A stretch of DNA of 64,000 bases, taken from positions 17,548 to 81,547 of the IMG/VR virus record IMGVR_UViG_3300022602_001838, one strand, 5' to 3'. This DNA is from a virus. Shown here piece after piece: positions 18,372-28,519 of the stretch; position 1 is the stretch's first letter; each line of letters starts with the position of its first letter. The translations under genes and the position numbers were made by a program. A model generated the notes under the pieces. That model was not told where the DNA came from. It saw only the letters and a program-made list of their open reading frames with translations, and did no database searches.

Positions 18372-19310
18372 TTAATTCTCCTCGTATTTAAATTCAACAC
18401 TATCTGGGTCCACAGAAGCACCGCGCCAAGATTTGATTTTTAGAACTTCATCGCCCCAGTTAGACTTCCAGTATTCACCGGTCCACTCTGCGTTACGCAA
18501 ATAGCTACTACGACCAGCTGTCATAACTTCATACATACCTGTACGCACTGGGTTAATTTTCTTTGGGAACCAATCAGTTGTTGGATATGTAATACTATCT
18601 ACATTGGTATAGCTCTCAATGCTGTCTGGCTGATAGATATAGCCACCCGAGAAACCTGACTTCAACGCATAGAGAGTCATATCATAACCCTTACCATTGG
18701 TGTTCATATCCATATTGTCTAGTTCTTCACCGTCATATTGTGCGCCAGACATAATCTCATTTCCATCAACATCGCAGAAAGTGATATTAAGTTTTTCGAG
18801 TTCAAACGGGGCTTTGAGTTCAATCTCTGTTTCAAAAAACGTGCCCTTTTCACTGCTGACCCCATAGAACACTACTTTGTCTTTGGTGACGTGTTGATGA
18901 ATGAATGCTTCATCACCGCCGTCTGTGGTAATATCATCTTCGCTGATATCACTCATATCTTTACGATAGACTATGTTTCCCTCTTCGTCCTCGATTTCAA
19001 TGGTACCACCATTCATATCGACTCCGTTAACGTGTATTAGATTATCACACTCGTACCACTGATCTGGCGGAAAAGGCCACATTTCTTCGGGAATATTGTT
19101 TTCTTCTGCATACGAATCGTTATAACAAAACTCAGCAAAATCAAGACGGCGATTTTTAAAGTAGTCATAGATTTTGCGATCTACGGTACCCATAGCATAA
19201 TCACCACCATAGCCCCATACTCGCATGGTATATGTACGTGGAGTAAACTTCAAAAGTTCAATGAGTTTTTGATGTTCTGCGTTTTCTGTTTCGGGAGTTT
19301 GGTCAGACAT
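18372..19310 (-). CDS. acidic hypothetical phage protein
   Basis: Long ORF; SD AAGGA; sigma70 promoter upstream. Confidence 0.65.
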   Translation of the reverse strand: MSDQTPETENAEHQKLIELLKFTPRTYTMRVWGYGGDYAMGTVDRKIYDYFKNRRLDFAEFCYNDSYAEENNIPEEMWPFPPDQWYECDNLIHVNGVDMNGGTIEIEDEEGNIVYRKDMSDISEDDITTDGGDEAFIHQHVTKDKVVFYGVSSEKGTFFETEIELKAPFELEKLNITFCDVDGNEIMSGAQYDGEELDNMDMNTNGKGYDMTLYALKSGFSGGYIYQPDSIESYTNVDSITYPTTDWFPKKINPVRTGMYEVMTAGRSSYLRNAEWTGEYWKSNWGDEVLKIKSWRGASVDPDSVEFKYEEN

Positions 19311-19336
19311 AATCATCCTTTGTGAATAGTGTTGTA

Positions 19337-19365
19337 ATTTTACTTTGAAGTGGCACTGCTGTCAA
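19337..19365 (-). promoter_or_regulatory. sigma70-type promoter
   Basis: TTGACA-17-TAAAAT. Confidence 0.7.
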
Positions 19366-19382
19366 ATAAGTCCTAACCGAAC

Positions 19383-19562
19383 TCATAGTCCTTTAAGGGT
19401 TTTTATCATAACATATTGGTCAAACAGGTTGGTCAACTCTGACTCTTCTCCCAAATACCAACGACTGGCTGCTTCTAAACTCAGTGCAGCCAGTTGATCC
19501 TCGGTGAGATTTGGGTATTGCTCACGGGCCAAAGTTAACCAAATTTGTTTCTTATCATCCAT
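19383..19562 (-). CDS. small hypothetical protein (59 aa)
   Basis: Below cutoff; MDDKKQIWLTLAREQYP...; overlaps glycosyltransferase stop. Confidence 0.5.
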   Translation of the reverse strand: MDDKKQIWLTLAREQYPNLTEDQLAALSLEAASRWYLGEESELTNLFDQYVMIKTLKGL

Positions 19563-20625
19563 GCAGATTGTCCAATAATGCCTGTGCTGAGAAAAAGTTA
19601 TTGGTCAATGTTTGTGCTTGCTGATATACGTGACCAACAATGTCTTCTTGATTACGCATCATATAGCGAATACGCTCAACCAACTCTGCTCGATGTGCAA
19701 TATAACTATCCCAATCCTGAGTCCATTCACTTGGATATTTGAATTCTGTATCGTACATTTCTGTATATGACAGACGATCTGGAACTAACGGGATACTACC
19801 CAACAACGCACCTTCGTAGCAGCCAATACCCAATGTTTCTTGTAAACTGCAACTAAACACAATCTTGCTTTCGGCAAGTAAACGATGATACGCATCTTTG
19901 GTAAGTTGGTGATCCTGACAAACAACAAACTCGTATTCGGGCATTTGCTGTGCCAAGTCACGGAAGATTTCCACTTGCTTCTCGGGAGCAATACGATGTG
20001 GGAATAAAATCAAATTGCGCTTGATAAAGTGCTTGTATGGGTACAGCGTCATTGGCATATACTCCATTGGCCACCCTGTACGCACGATCTTCCTAGTGGG
20101 CATGTAATCTTGCCGTGAGTCTCTGGTTTCACCAAACAGATTTGTTAAAAACATTTGGATGTGAAACTGTGTGGCAAAGTAGTTGTGGTCGATTGCGTGG
20201 AAGAATGACTTTTCAGCGTGTCTAACCCAAGGAGCATCGCCAATTAACCTACCAAGAAAGTCTGCTGGGTCATAACTACCAGCATGCCATAGTGCGTGAA
20301 TCTTAACTGGAATGTTAAGAAGCTCACTCATATATTTTAAGTTGATAATTCCAGGGTGCCAAGCATCAGTAAAGATAAAATGATCGCCGGCATTGATTGT
20401 GCCTGCGCAAAACAAACGACCAAGTTGCTCAACTTGGGCAGACTTATAAACATTAGTTCCGCCAAAGTTAAGGAATGCTCCTGGGGTTGTGGCTGCTGGG
20501 ATGTCTGTGGGGCCTTCAATAACTGTAACATCTTGTCCTCTACCTAAAAGTAATTTTGGGATGTGGGTCTTCCATTGACCTGTGTAGCGTGTTTCTACGG
20601 GTTCGATATCTACAATGTAAATCAT
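19555..20625 (-). CDS. GT-B fold glycosyltransferase (GT4-like)
   Basis: FPHRIAPEKQ; ETLGIGCYEG (Ex7E); HAGSYD. Confidence 0.8.
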   Translation of the reverse strand: MIYIVDIEPVETRYTGQWKTHIPKLLLGRGQDVTVIEGPTDIPAATTPGAFLNFGGTNVYKSAQVEQLGRLFCAGTINAGDHFIFTDAWHPGIINLKYMSELLNIPVKIHALWHAGSYDPADFLGRLIGDAPWVRHAEKSFFHAIDHNYFATQFHIQMFLTNLFGETRDSRQDYMPTRKIVRTGWPMEYMPMTLYPYKHFIKRNLILFPHRIAPEKQVEIFRDLAQQMPEYEFVVCQDHQLTKDAYHRLLAESKIVFSCSLQETLGIGCYEGALLGSIPLVPDRLSYTEMYDTEFKYPSEWTQDWDSYIAHRAELVERIRYMMRNQEDIVGHVYQQAQTLTNNFFSAQALLDNLHG

Positions 20626-20708
20626 TATTTTTTACCCTGAGTTGTGATTAGATTATACACTAAGTCTGCGAACATTGCATTACTCTTTTCACCCGTATAC
20701 TAACAGTT

Positions 20709-21077
20709 TCATTTTTTCAAGTATGGCTCAAGATCAGGTGGAGTCCAGCCTACTGGCTTGAGCACTTTGCCATCTTCACGCTTACGCACTTTGCCAGTTT
20801 CTTTGTCGATCTTGGCAAAGTTTGTACGCATTACTTCTTTCCACGCACCTTCAGCATCAAAGCCTGCGCTGTGAATAGCACCGACGGTAACAACTAGAAT
20901 ATCAATTAAGGCATCTAGTTGTTCTTTACGATTCTGAGCTTCTACGGCTTCGGTTAATTCTTTGTATTCTTCTTCGATGAGATTGAGATACAGCCCGTAT
21001 TGATCTACGTTCATATTGTCTGTGCTTTGGTCACAGGCCCGCATAAATTTTTCTTGGTCTCTAAATGGATTTGTCAT
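20709..21077 (-). CDS. MazG-family / PRA-PH-like nucleotide pyrophosphatase
   Basis: LIEEEYKEL...DALID...REDGKVLKP. Confidence 0.8.
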   Translation of the reverse strand: MTNPFRDQEKFMRACDQSTDNMNVDQYGLYLNLIEEEYKELTEAVEAQNRKEQLDALIDILVVTVGAIHSAGFDAEGAWKEVMRTNFAKIDKETGKVRKREDGKVLKPVGWTPPDLEPYLKK

Positions 21078-21652
21078 GAGTATAACTTCTGTAGGTCTAA
21101 AATGATTTCTTGTTCTGCACGTTTAACTAACTGCCACCAACGTTGATGTATTTGTGCAGCCTGTTCGTAGTAGTCTCTTAGTTCGAACCACTGAACAATC
21201 TTTCTGTACAATTCAACATCTAGTTGGGGTTTAAACAAATCTGCACTATCAACGATCAACATATTGCTGTTGTTCAGCGAATGAATGCGATTGTTGTATT
21301 CCACAGTTTTTTCTTTAAATGTATGCACCAACGTAGTATTTAGGTTTGTGTTAAACTTTACATAATGTTTAAAAGCTAAATCTGGATCAGTTACCAATGC
21401 ACAGTATTTTACATCAGACCGTAACTCACGTAAATGACTGAAAGCAATAAGCTGATCCAGTTCCATTCTCCACCGCCATTCGTAGTTGAGCCAGTTTTGC
21501 CAATTACGATCATCAGTGTAGACAAACTTGTTTATGAAAGCAAAGTTATCGGGTGCAAGGTCTCTGAAATATGAAAACTCAGGATCTAGCAACAGTAACC
21601 ATCTAAGATGATTACCGCCACTACCTATGCACCCAATGACTTCACGTTTCAT
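21074..21652 (-). CDS. P-loop/sulfotransferase-like protein
   Basis: N-terminal GSGGNHLRWLL; weak similarity only. Confidence 0.4.
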   Translation of the reverse strand: MKREVIGCIGSGGNHLRWLLLLDPEFSYFRDLAPDNFAFINKFVYTDDRNWQNWLNYEWRWRMELDQLIAFSHLRELRSDVKYCALVTDPDLAFKHYVKFNTNLNTTLVHTFKEKTVEYNNRIHSLNNSNMLIVDSADLFKPQLDVELYRKIVQWFELRDYYEQAAQIHQRWWQLVKRAEQEIILDLQKLYS

Positions 21653-21921
21653 TAGTAAGAACGAACTTTCCAATTGGTGTTCGTGTCACGTGGGCGGAAC
21701 TCACGCTTCTCTTTGGGATATGGACTCCAGTTGTCCTTTGGATGCTTACCGTTTTTAACACGTTGCATCTCACCCCACGGGGTCTTCTCGTTGTACAAAT
21801 GACTTTCATCATATACATAGCCCTGCTTTTTGCAGAATACCAAGTATTCTTCGAGGTCATCGAAAATGTTGCGTACATCTTTAGACATACGGAAATATTT
21901 TTGTAAATGTTCATTAGCCAT
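21652..21921 (-). CDS. hypothetical phage protein
   Basis: 89 aa; SD AAGGA. Confidence 0.6.
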   Translation of the reverse strand: MANEHLQKYFRMSKDVRNIFDDLEEYLVFCKKQGYVYDESHLYNEKTPWGEMQRVKNGKHPKDNWSPYPKEKREFRPRDTNTNWKVRSY

Positions 21922-21932
21922 AGTTTTTCCTT

Positions 21933-22373
21933 TTAAACGCTAATAAGTTGTGGTTTTGAAACTTCGTACTTGATTAACGCACCGTTCTCTCCGTCTTCAC
22001 TGACTTCGATCCATACGGCACGATTGGGATATCGTTCTGCGATTTTTAAGTATAAGTCATCGCTCATCATTTCGCAAGACTTGTAGTCCAGTTTAAGAAC
22101 ACTGTCTCGGTAGAGATTTTCCAACCAGCGCTTAAACTGGATGAATTCAATATCTCGGTCATTGTGGAGTACATCGATCCAGACACGAAAATGAAAAATA
22201 TGACGATGAGGTGTACCGAGAAAACTAACATCGTACTCGTCACCAGTTGCCAAAGTAGGATCAGTCGCTGCTGCGGGGTAGCAGTGAATACCCTCTTTCT
22301 GAAATGTAATCCAAATTTTTCTGTCTGCACGTTGTTTGATTCTTTCAATTGTGTCTCGTTCATCTTGTGTCAT
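21933..22373 (-). CDS. dpdL: QueD-like T-fold protein, probable CDG decarboxylase
   Basis: LGTPHRHIF matches the LxxxHRHxF DpdL signature as I recall it; SCE and EVSEDGENG; distinct from queD. Confidence 0.7.
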   Translation of the reverse strand: MTQDERDTIERIKQRADRKIWITFQKEGIHCYPAAATDPTLATGDEYDVSFLGTPHRHIFHFRVWIDVLHNDRDIEFIQFKRWLENLYRDSVLKLDYKSCEMMSDDLYLKIAERYPNRAVWIEVSEDGENGALIKYEVSKPQLISV

Positions 22374-22903
22374 AGTGGGGTATCTCCTGTATAGTCTTTC
22401 CAGTCTGTGTAAACATCACGAGTCATTAGCTCGTTCAGTGGATGGCACCAAACGCCGGGGTTGCTGTGACCCCAAGTAGTGTCGTCGATCTTTAGTGTAG
22501 CGTTGTAGTTGAACTGCTGAATATAGGGCAGTTTAACGCTGATCATGGGGATAAAGTTGAAATGCTCATTCCAACCAAATTCAAGTACTTCGGGAGCGTA
22601 CTCTACTCCAAAGTCTAATGTAACCCACAAGCCAGCTTTGAGCAAGTCTGTGATAAACTTATCCCACGCAGACCAATCTTCGTTTGTTTTGGGTGTGAAG
22701 CACTGACTTGTGCCAAGATATACGTGATTAACGTCTGCTGACATTGCAGAGTTAAATCTGTAGATACGTATTTGTTCTCGAACTTCTTCTAATGTTTTAA
22801 TACCCACAACAAACAAGGTTAGTTTACCCTTCATTGTGGTATTCTCTACTTCGGTGCCAACAAAGTAATCTACTTGTTGACGACCGTCTGTATCAATTGC
22901 CAT
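22370..22903 (-). CDS. hypothetical protein within deazaguanine cluster
   Basis: Likely start MAIDTDG; KIDD..W..SNPGVW; overlaps both neighbours. Confidence 0.6.
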   Translation of the reverse strand: MAIDTDGRQQVDYFVGTEVENTTMKGKLTLFVVGIKTLEEVREQIRIYRFNSAMSADVNHVYLGTSQCFTPKTNEDWSAWDKFITDLLKAGLWVTLDFGVEYAPEVLEFGWNEHFNFIPMISVKLPYIQQFNYNATLKIDDTTWGHSNPGVWCHPLNELMTRDVYTDWKDYTGDTPL

Positions 22904-23801
22904 CTTGTGACCAATAAATGTAACCTCGGCTATAGTTTTGAGGTCTGTTGTAGCCATCGGCAAACGCCTGTTGCCATTCTGTGTCTCTATTATAGCCCTT
23001 AGTCCAAAACTTGTCAATGTTTAACTCGCCCTTTTGGATAAGTCTGACTGCGTGATACATACTTTCTTGGAACCATTTTGTTCTGGGACTTGGAAATACC
23101 ACTGTACAGGCCTTCCAAAGCAAGTTTGCAAAGTCTGTAGTTACTGATTTTTGTACGCCAAAGATAACAAGTGCTTCGTTGCGTAGAATGGGCTGTGTGA
23201 ATACTTCATCTCCGTCGCCCAAATCAATCACAACATCATAATCGCCCACGGGCTTGTCTTGTAGTCTATTGCCCCATAGGTCACGATTGCTGCGTCCCAC
23301 AACTTCGATTTCAAAGTTTAAATTGCGATGTACTAAATCTGTATATGCAACCCAAGCCAAGAAGCCACTGCCAATAATCAGCAATCTAGCTCCTACACGA
23401 TCCCGACTAAGCAATGCTGCAATGTCTTGTCTGACAATGTTAAGTCCACAGGCCACTGGTTCAATGATGTATTTAGGATCAGCTTCGGGTACTGTGACAT
23501 ATTCATTGGCTCTGACATTGTAGTAATCTGCATAAGCAGGCTCGCCTCGTGTAGCGACAATGTTACCCACTTGTGTGCGCCCAATATTCTTGCCTACTTT
23601 GGTAACGATGCCCAGACCCTCGTGTCCCTGCATTTCTAAGGGCAACGGACCAAACTCGCCCATCATCATGGCAATGTCACTGCGACATACACCAGTCATC
23701 ACAGCACGAACTTCAATCTCGTCGTCTGTGGGTTCTGGCTTATCCCATTGAGTTTCGACAAAGTTACCTTTGCCATCAGTTGATAATAATCTTACTTGCA
23801 T
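22893..23801 (-). CDS. zinc-dependent (MDR) dehydrogenase
   Basis: GVCRSD, GHEG.G.V..VG, IEPVAC, IIGSGFL. Confidence 0.85.
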   Translation of the reverse strand: MQVRLLSTDGKGNFVETQWDKPEPTDDEIEVRAVMTGVCRSDIAMMMGEFGPLPLEMQGHEGLGIVTKVGKNIGRTQVGNIVATRGEPAYADYYNVRANEYVTVPEADPKYIIEPVACGLNIVRQDIAALLSRDRVGARLLIIGSGFLAWVAYTDLVHRNLNFEIEVVGRSNRDLWGNRLQDKPVGDYDVVIDLGDGDEVFTQPILRNEALVIFGVQKSVTTDFANLLWKACTVVFPSPRTKWFQESMYHAVRLIQKGELNIDKFWTKGYNRDTEWQQAFADGYNRPQNYSRGYIYWSQDGN

Positions 23802-24655
23802 AGTTCGTCTATTTTAGCATGAATCCATAAGTCTTGTTGCAATTGTGTTTGCCAAAACTCTGCGTTGTCTCTGTTGTTGATTGCATCTATGACCATAGCC
23901 TTGTATGCACTCTCGGGGCACAAGCCAAGTTCAAATTCTTGTTTGTCAAATCTTATACTGCGGTCATCAGCAGTATCATCTTTCCAATCCGCATATAAGA
24001 TCCAACGATCATCGAAATACACCGTTGCATGGTCATCAACATCATATGTGCCATCGGGATCAACGTTGCCATATTCAGAACCAGTTAGTTTGTCCAATGT
24101 CCAAAACTGTCCCATGCTACTGTCTGTGACAGGTGTAGTCATCCAATTTGGATTCAATGCAATGTACAAACTCAGTAGGTGTGGCATTAAGTCTCTGCTG
24201 ACTCCGCCATAGGCCAATGATTTAGTAGTGAACCAACTACCTGGATTTGGCACACGGTCTTTATTGACCCAAGTGATTTCTATCTGGGCAGCATTAGCAG
24301 CGGCCTTTTGCAAGTCTGCAATGTTGTCACGCCACATATTGTTCTTGCTCATCATAAAGCGTGTGCTGGGATAATCCTGAACAAGTTGTTGCCACGCTTC
24401 TGCTGTAGCAACTCCGGGCTTCTCAATGATAATGATATCACAGGCTGGAGCAATCTTACGAGCAATCTTGATATGCGTAAAGTTGGGAGTGCAGATATGT
24501 GCAACATCAAACGCACTATTCTCTCGAATAGCGTCATCTACTGTAGCGTAATCTGCTGTGCCATTTGTATCTACGGTGACAATATCATTGACTAAATCAG
24601 TATGCACACTCTTATAGAGGTTGCCAAACCCCATGCCTACAATCAATACTTTCAT
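23792..24655 (-). CDS. Gfo/Idh/MocA oxidoreductase
   Basis: IVGMGFG, ICTPNFTH, IEKP, GG...DLMPH. Confidence 0.85.
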   Translation of the reverse strand: MKVLIVGMGFGNLYKSVHTDLVNDIVTVDTNGTADYATVDDAIRENSAFDVAHICTPNFTHIKIARKIAPACDIIIIEKPGVATAEAWQQLVQDYPSTRFMMSKNNMWRDNIADLQKAAANAAQIEITWVNKDRVPNPGSWFTTKSLAYGGVSRDLMPHLLSLYIALNPNWMTTPVTDSSMGQFWTLDKLTGSEYGNVDPDGTYDVDDHATVYFDDRWILYADWKDDTADDRSIRFDKQEFELGLCPESAYKAMVIDAINNRDNAEFWQTQLQQDLWIHAKIDELCK

Positions 24656-26190
24656 ACTTCCTCTGGATTATCGTTAATGTCTTCTGGATTGAATTCGTTT
24701 TCGTCTAGTTCGACTTCTTCTGAGTCGAACAGAGCATTAAACATAGTTGTAGCATTACGAGCCTTCTTGCCAGTGTATCCACGAGTGCCAGCAATCTCAA
24801 GCCAATAGTTTGCATATTGTTCAATAAGATCCAAGCTGGCCTCTTTAGTGGGGGCAGCAAAGATTCGTTCAACAACTTCATCAAACTTGTCCTGAGTCGG
24901 CGCACTGTAGCGCATCATCTTTGGATATTCGCCTGCATCGTATCTGCGATTGGCTTCTTGCACTGCTGTGATGTGCATCCAGCAGTTATGTGCCTTCAAC
25001 AAGATATAACTGAATCCATCCCAGCTACTCTTACCCTCCTTGCCAATCTTGTTCAGATCGCCTGGCTTGTAATAGCAAACATCTCGAATCTGCATCAGGT
25101 CACTGACTGGGCTGTCTTCAAATACTTTGTAGAATCCATCTTGCACAACTGCATCACTGAGTTTGCGTGTGTCTGTTGAATACTTCTTATCGTCAGCAAA
25201 CTTGTACATACGATAGCTCCAACGTCCATTATTTGGAAAACTACGTTCGTGATAGACTTGTCCATTTGCTGCTGCCAAGAACGGACTTGCACAGTCAAAA
25301 CTGATTTGAAAGTTTGGATTTGCATACTTACGAACTGCACGTTGAACTGCTGTGAGCAACACAGCCCATTCTAGTTTGCTTGTGCCCAAGAAGTGCATCC
25401 AATCGTGTACACCTTCTTGTAACAGGCCATCATACTTCAATGTAATCAGTCTGCGCAAAATCAAATGAATGTCACACATATTTTGTCCACCCATTGCCCA
25501 ACCATTAAAGTGATTGTCTGGATACTTCGTTGGATCACAGTAGTGCTTCATGGTCTCGTACCATTCATCTGCGTCTGTGTGATTTGCACCCTGTAATACA
25601 TTCAAGAACTTAGTACCACCATTCTTAACGCCCTTGCGATTGTTAATAAAGTACTCATTGTTGAACTTAGTTGCATCAACTGCTTCTTGGTGGCTAGTAA
25701 TTTGTGTGGCCTTCATACCAGCTGGCTCTCTGACGATCCAAGTTGGGATATCCAGAATCATTGCATAGTCTGTCAACGTGTCTAGCCAATTCAACACATC
25801 ACGGCGTTTCTTGTCTGCTTTGGGACAGCCACTACCAGCACGCCAGTCGCCTTCCCATTTACCTTTACCGATCTGAAATCCGCCTGAGTCACCCAACATA
25901 AAAGTGCCCTTTTCACGATTTCTGACCATGTCTTCGCTCTTAACAACTTTATTAAGATCCAGGCTGGCGTGACCAGCACTGTACAGACTCCATTTATATG
26001 GAAAGAATCCATCCTGACTATTCCACCAGTTAAGATTCTCTACAGTGGTCATACCCTTGGGCAATCTGCCACGGCTTTCTTCGTACTTGTCGAATCGCTC
26101 TTGTCCAATAGCTGTGCTAAAGTGTCCGCCAATGGCTGGCAAGAACAGTGCATAATCGCTTTGCTTACTGGTTAAATCATCACGTGCCAT
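24652..26190 (-). CDS. dpdA: TGT-family deazaguanine transglycosylase
   Basis: DSGGFQ, MILD, NVLQG, GWAMGG, HFLG, SFD motifs; same region as folE/queD/queE. Confidence 0.8.
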   Translation of the reverse strand: MARDDLTSKQSDYALFLPAIGGHFSTAIGQERFDKYEESRGRLPKGMTTVENLNWWNSQDGFFPYKWSLYSAGHASLDLNKVVKSEDMVRNREKGTFMLGDSGGFQIGKGKWEGDWRAGSGCPKADKKRRDVLNWLDTLTDYAMILDIPTWIVREPAGMKATQITSHQEAVDATKFNNEYFINNRKGVKNGGTKFLNVLQGANHTDADEWYETMKHYCDPTKYPDNHFNGWAMGGQNMCDIHLILRRLITLKYDGLLQEGVHDWMHFLGTSKLEWAVLLTAVQRAVRKYANPNFQISFDCASPFLAAANGQVYHERSFPNNGRWSYRMYKFADDKKYSTDTRKLSDAVVQDGFYKVFEDSPVSDLMQIRDVCYYKPGDLNKIGKEGKSSWDGFSYILLKAHNCWMHITAVQEANRRYDAGEYPKMMRYSAPTQDKFDEVVERIFAAPTKEASLDLIEQYANYWLEIAGTRGYTGKKARNATTMFNALFDSEEVELDENEFNPEDINDNPEEV

Positions 26191-26803
26191 AAAATTTTAC
26201 TTGTTCTATTAATTTGTAATCGTCAGCAAAATGCTGTTTTAATCTGTCAACGTATTTAGGATTGTTATCCAGAATTGTTTGAAAAATCTGTTTGAATCGT
26301 TTGCGATCTGGACTATTTTCGCTTACGTGCTGATAATCATAGTTTTCATATTTGTTATGTCCAAGATGCTCAAATACAAACTTGCTAAAATTACTACGAT
26401 ACTCTGTGTTGCACATCATAAATGTGCAGTTGTCTGTGTCTAGACCTTCAATGAATTTAATCTGATGTTCGGTGTGATCGTCAAATGTTATTCTATCAAA
26501 TATCAATTGCTCTGTCTCATAAAATGGGACTTGCATTGTTGGATGATATAGTGTCAAGTACTCAGCAATGCCACTAAGCCAACGGTCAATGGGGTCACGC
26601 AGAACAACCAATGCTGGTTTGTCTAGTTTGTCTGTGTGATAATTATAAAACTCCCAACCCCAGTCTAGTAAATTGGGTTTAGTCCAAGAACTGGCATTTT
26701 TGGGAATGTGAACGTACATTAGGGCATACTCTGGGTGAGTCATACACTCCCCAAAGATATGACCTTTATGCTGCCATTCAGCAATACTACGTTCTATGAT
26801 CAC
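26180..26803 (-). CDS. sulfotransferase family 2-like protein
   Basis: HIPKNASSW (5'-PSB) and LRDPIDRWLSG (3'-PB). Confidence 0.75.
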   Translation of the reverse strand: MIIERSIAEWQHKGHIFGECMTHPEYALMYVHIPKNASSWTKPNLLDWGWEFYNYHTDKLDKPALVVLRDPIDRWLSGIAEYLTLYHPTMQVPFYETEQLIFDRITFDDHTEHQIKFIEGLDTDNCTFMMCNTEYRSNFSKFVFEHLGHNKYENYDYQHVSENSPDRKRFKQIFQTILDNNPKYVDRLKQHFADDYKLIEQVKFYGT

Positions 26804-27537
26804 TTGGTCAGTGCTGGCAAGATGTAGTTGTATTCAATTAGACCACTGTCAACAGTAATCATACTAGCACCATCATCGCTCATACGATAAGTCTTATCTC
26901 CCGGCAATGCTAGAATTGAGAGTACTGTTGCTACTGGCCAGTGCCATTGTGTCTTGGTGAAGTTGCCGCTTACGCCACTGGCAAAAACAAAGTTACCAGC
27001 GTGTGAGTTTGGATCACCGAAGAAGAATTTCAGATCGCCATTTTCTGTCTTTGCAGTAAACGATGTTTCTTCACTGTTTGCTGCTGCCTGAAAACGCAGA
27101 CGCTGAATGTTTTGCACTGTTGGTGCAAACTCAACATTCCATTTAGCGCCACGGAACTTGACAGATTTCAATTTGTCATTGATAATGCCTTCTGCCATAT
27201 AACGATAATCGTTTTTGAAGTCGCCTGCTGCGTTTTCGAAATGAAGTCCGCTGGGCACAGTATCGCCATTTGTGTCAGTTTGTGTGTTGACTGTGATTTT
27301 TGCGTTCTCACGATACTCGTCAATGCCCAGAATTGTTTTCAGTTTGCTGAGATTGGGCATACCGAAAGTACCAATAAAGTCTGGGTGTGCTGATTTGAAT
27401 TTGGCTTCAAGAATAACACTGCGGTCTTCGCTGATGCTGTTGATAAGTGTTTCGTTTTGTGTGCCAGTGATTTTGATAAGATCAATGTTGTTCAAGCCAT
27501 GTGTATGTTGAACAATGTCTTTTAGATAGTCTTGCAT
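26800..27537 (-). CDS. probable sliding clamp (gp45-like)
   Basis: 245 aa two-domain alpha/beta pattern; ends YNYILPA; near PolB. Confidence 0.6.
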   Translation of the reverse strand: MQDYLKDIVQHTHGLNNIDLIKITGTQNETLINSISEDRSVILEAKFKSAHPDFIGTFGMPNLSKLKTILGIDEYRENAKITVNTQTDTNGDTVPSGLHFENAAGDFKNDYRYMAEGIINDKLKSVKFRGAKWNVEFAPTVQNIQRLRFQAAANSEETSFTAKTENGDLKFFFGDPNSHAGNFVFASGVSGNFTKTQWHWPVATVLSILALPGDKTYRMSDDGASMITVDSGLIEYNYILPALTK

Positions 27538-27557
27538 AATATACTCCTAGTGTGTTG

Positions 27558-27586
27558 ATTGTAACTTTTTTATTTAGGTTTTTCAA
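27558..27586 (-). promoter_or_regulatory. sigma70-type promoter with embedded TAAATA
   Basis: TTGAAA-17-TACAAT. Confidence 0.65.
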
Positions 27587-28518
27587 GGCATTCTGCGCTT
27601 TATTTCACCCATTACCTGATGTGCTTTGACCGTAGTCAGTGTACCTGGTCGTTTGACTTCTATCCAGCTGATGTTTGGTTCTTCTGTAATAGTCTGAACA
27701 ACTTCAAATCCAATACCCTCGCAAGTCGGCACCAAGATACTCTTGGGGATAAAGGTCTGTGCAAAGTTTTCTGCCATACCAGCACCTGCAGGAGTATCAC
27801 CATCGTTGTAACTGAACAAGAATACTCCGCCTGTACGTAGTAAGTTCTTAACGCTTTTCAGAACCTGTGTGATTGTATCCAAACTCACATAGTTGAAGTG
27901 TCCCCAACTGAATATAAATCCAAACTGTTCCTGGGGCAAGGGTGCAAAGTCGTATTCTTTATTTAGGTATTTGCGCAGGCGTTGTTGATATTCTGGAGGG
28001 AACTTGCTGTTAGCACTATCCAGAAAACCCTGATACTTGTCCATAATGTACAAGGGATCGGCAGCAACTAAGTACTGCGTCCACTCACCGTCACGACAAC
28101 CAATCTCTAGTGCAGGGTATTGCCAACTTGTATAGAGTTGAATACGCTGACGAACCATATCTTCTACTTCGGGTCTTAGATGAATACGACGGTGATTTCT
28201 AACGTGGTCAATTCCTCCGTCGTGTTCTTCTAGTTCGTAGTTGTCTACAAACAATTTGTGACTTACTTGATCGATTCTGCCCTGTATGTCAGCAATCTTG
28301 TATTTAAAGTCATCATAGGGCGCAACTACTTGATCCAACAAGGTTGAATAATATTGAACCAAGCCCTCGATATAATCCAAGTTGTCTTGCTCAATCACTG
28401 GCACTTGCAGTTTTACATTCTCAATATGATTGCGTAATCTTGCTATGGATTCTTCAATCTCTTGTGTGTTAAAACTATCTAGCAGTGATTTCTTTAGTGT
28501 GACTAGATCGTAGAGCAT
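27583..28518 (-). CDS. class I SAM-dependent methyltransferase with coiled-coil N-terminus
   Basis: LEIGCRDG, FIFSW..F.Y, LRTGGVFLF. Confidence 0.7.
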   Translation of the reverse strand: MLYDLVTLKKSLLDSFNTQEIEESIARLRNHIENVKLQVPVIEQDNLDYIEGLVQYYSTLLDQVVAPYDDFKYKIADIQGRIDQVSHKLFVDNYELEEHDGGIDHVRNHRRIHLRPEVEDMVRQRIQLYTSWQYPALEIGCRDGEWTQYLVAADPLYIMDKYQGFLDSANSKFPPEYQQRLRKYLNKEYDFAPLPQEQFGFIFSWGHFNYVSLDTITQVLKSVKNLLRTGGVFLFSYNDGDTPAGAGMAENFAQTFIPKSILVPTCEGIGFEVVQTITEEPNISWIEVKRPGTLTTVKAHQVMGEIKRRMP

Positions 28519-28519
28519 A

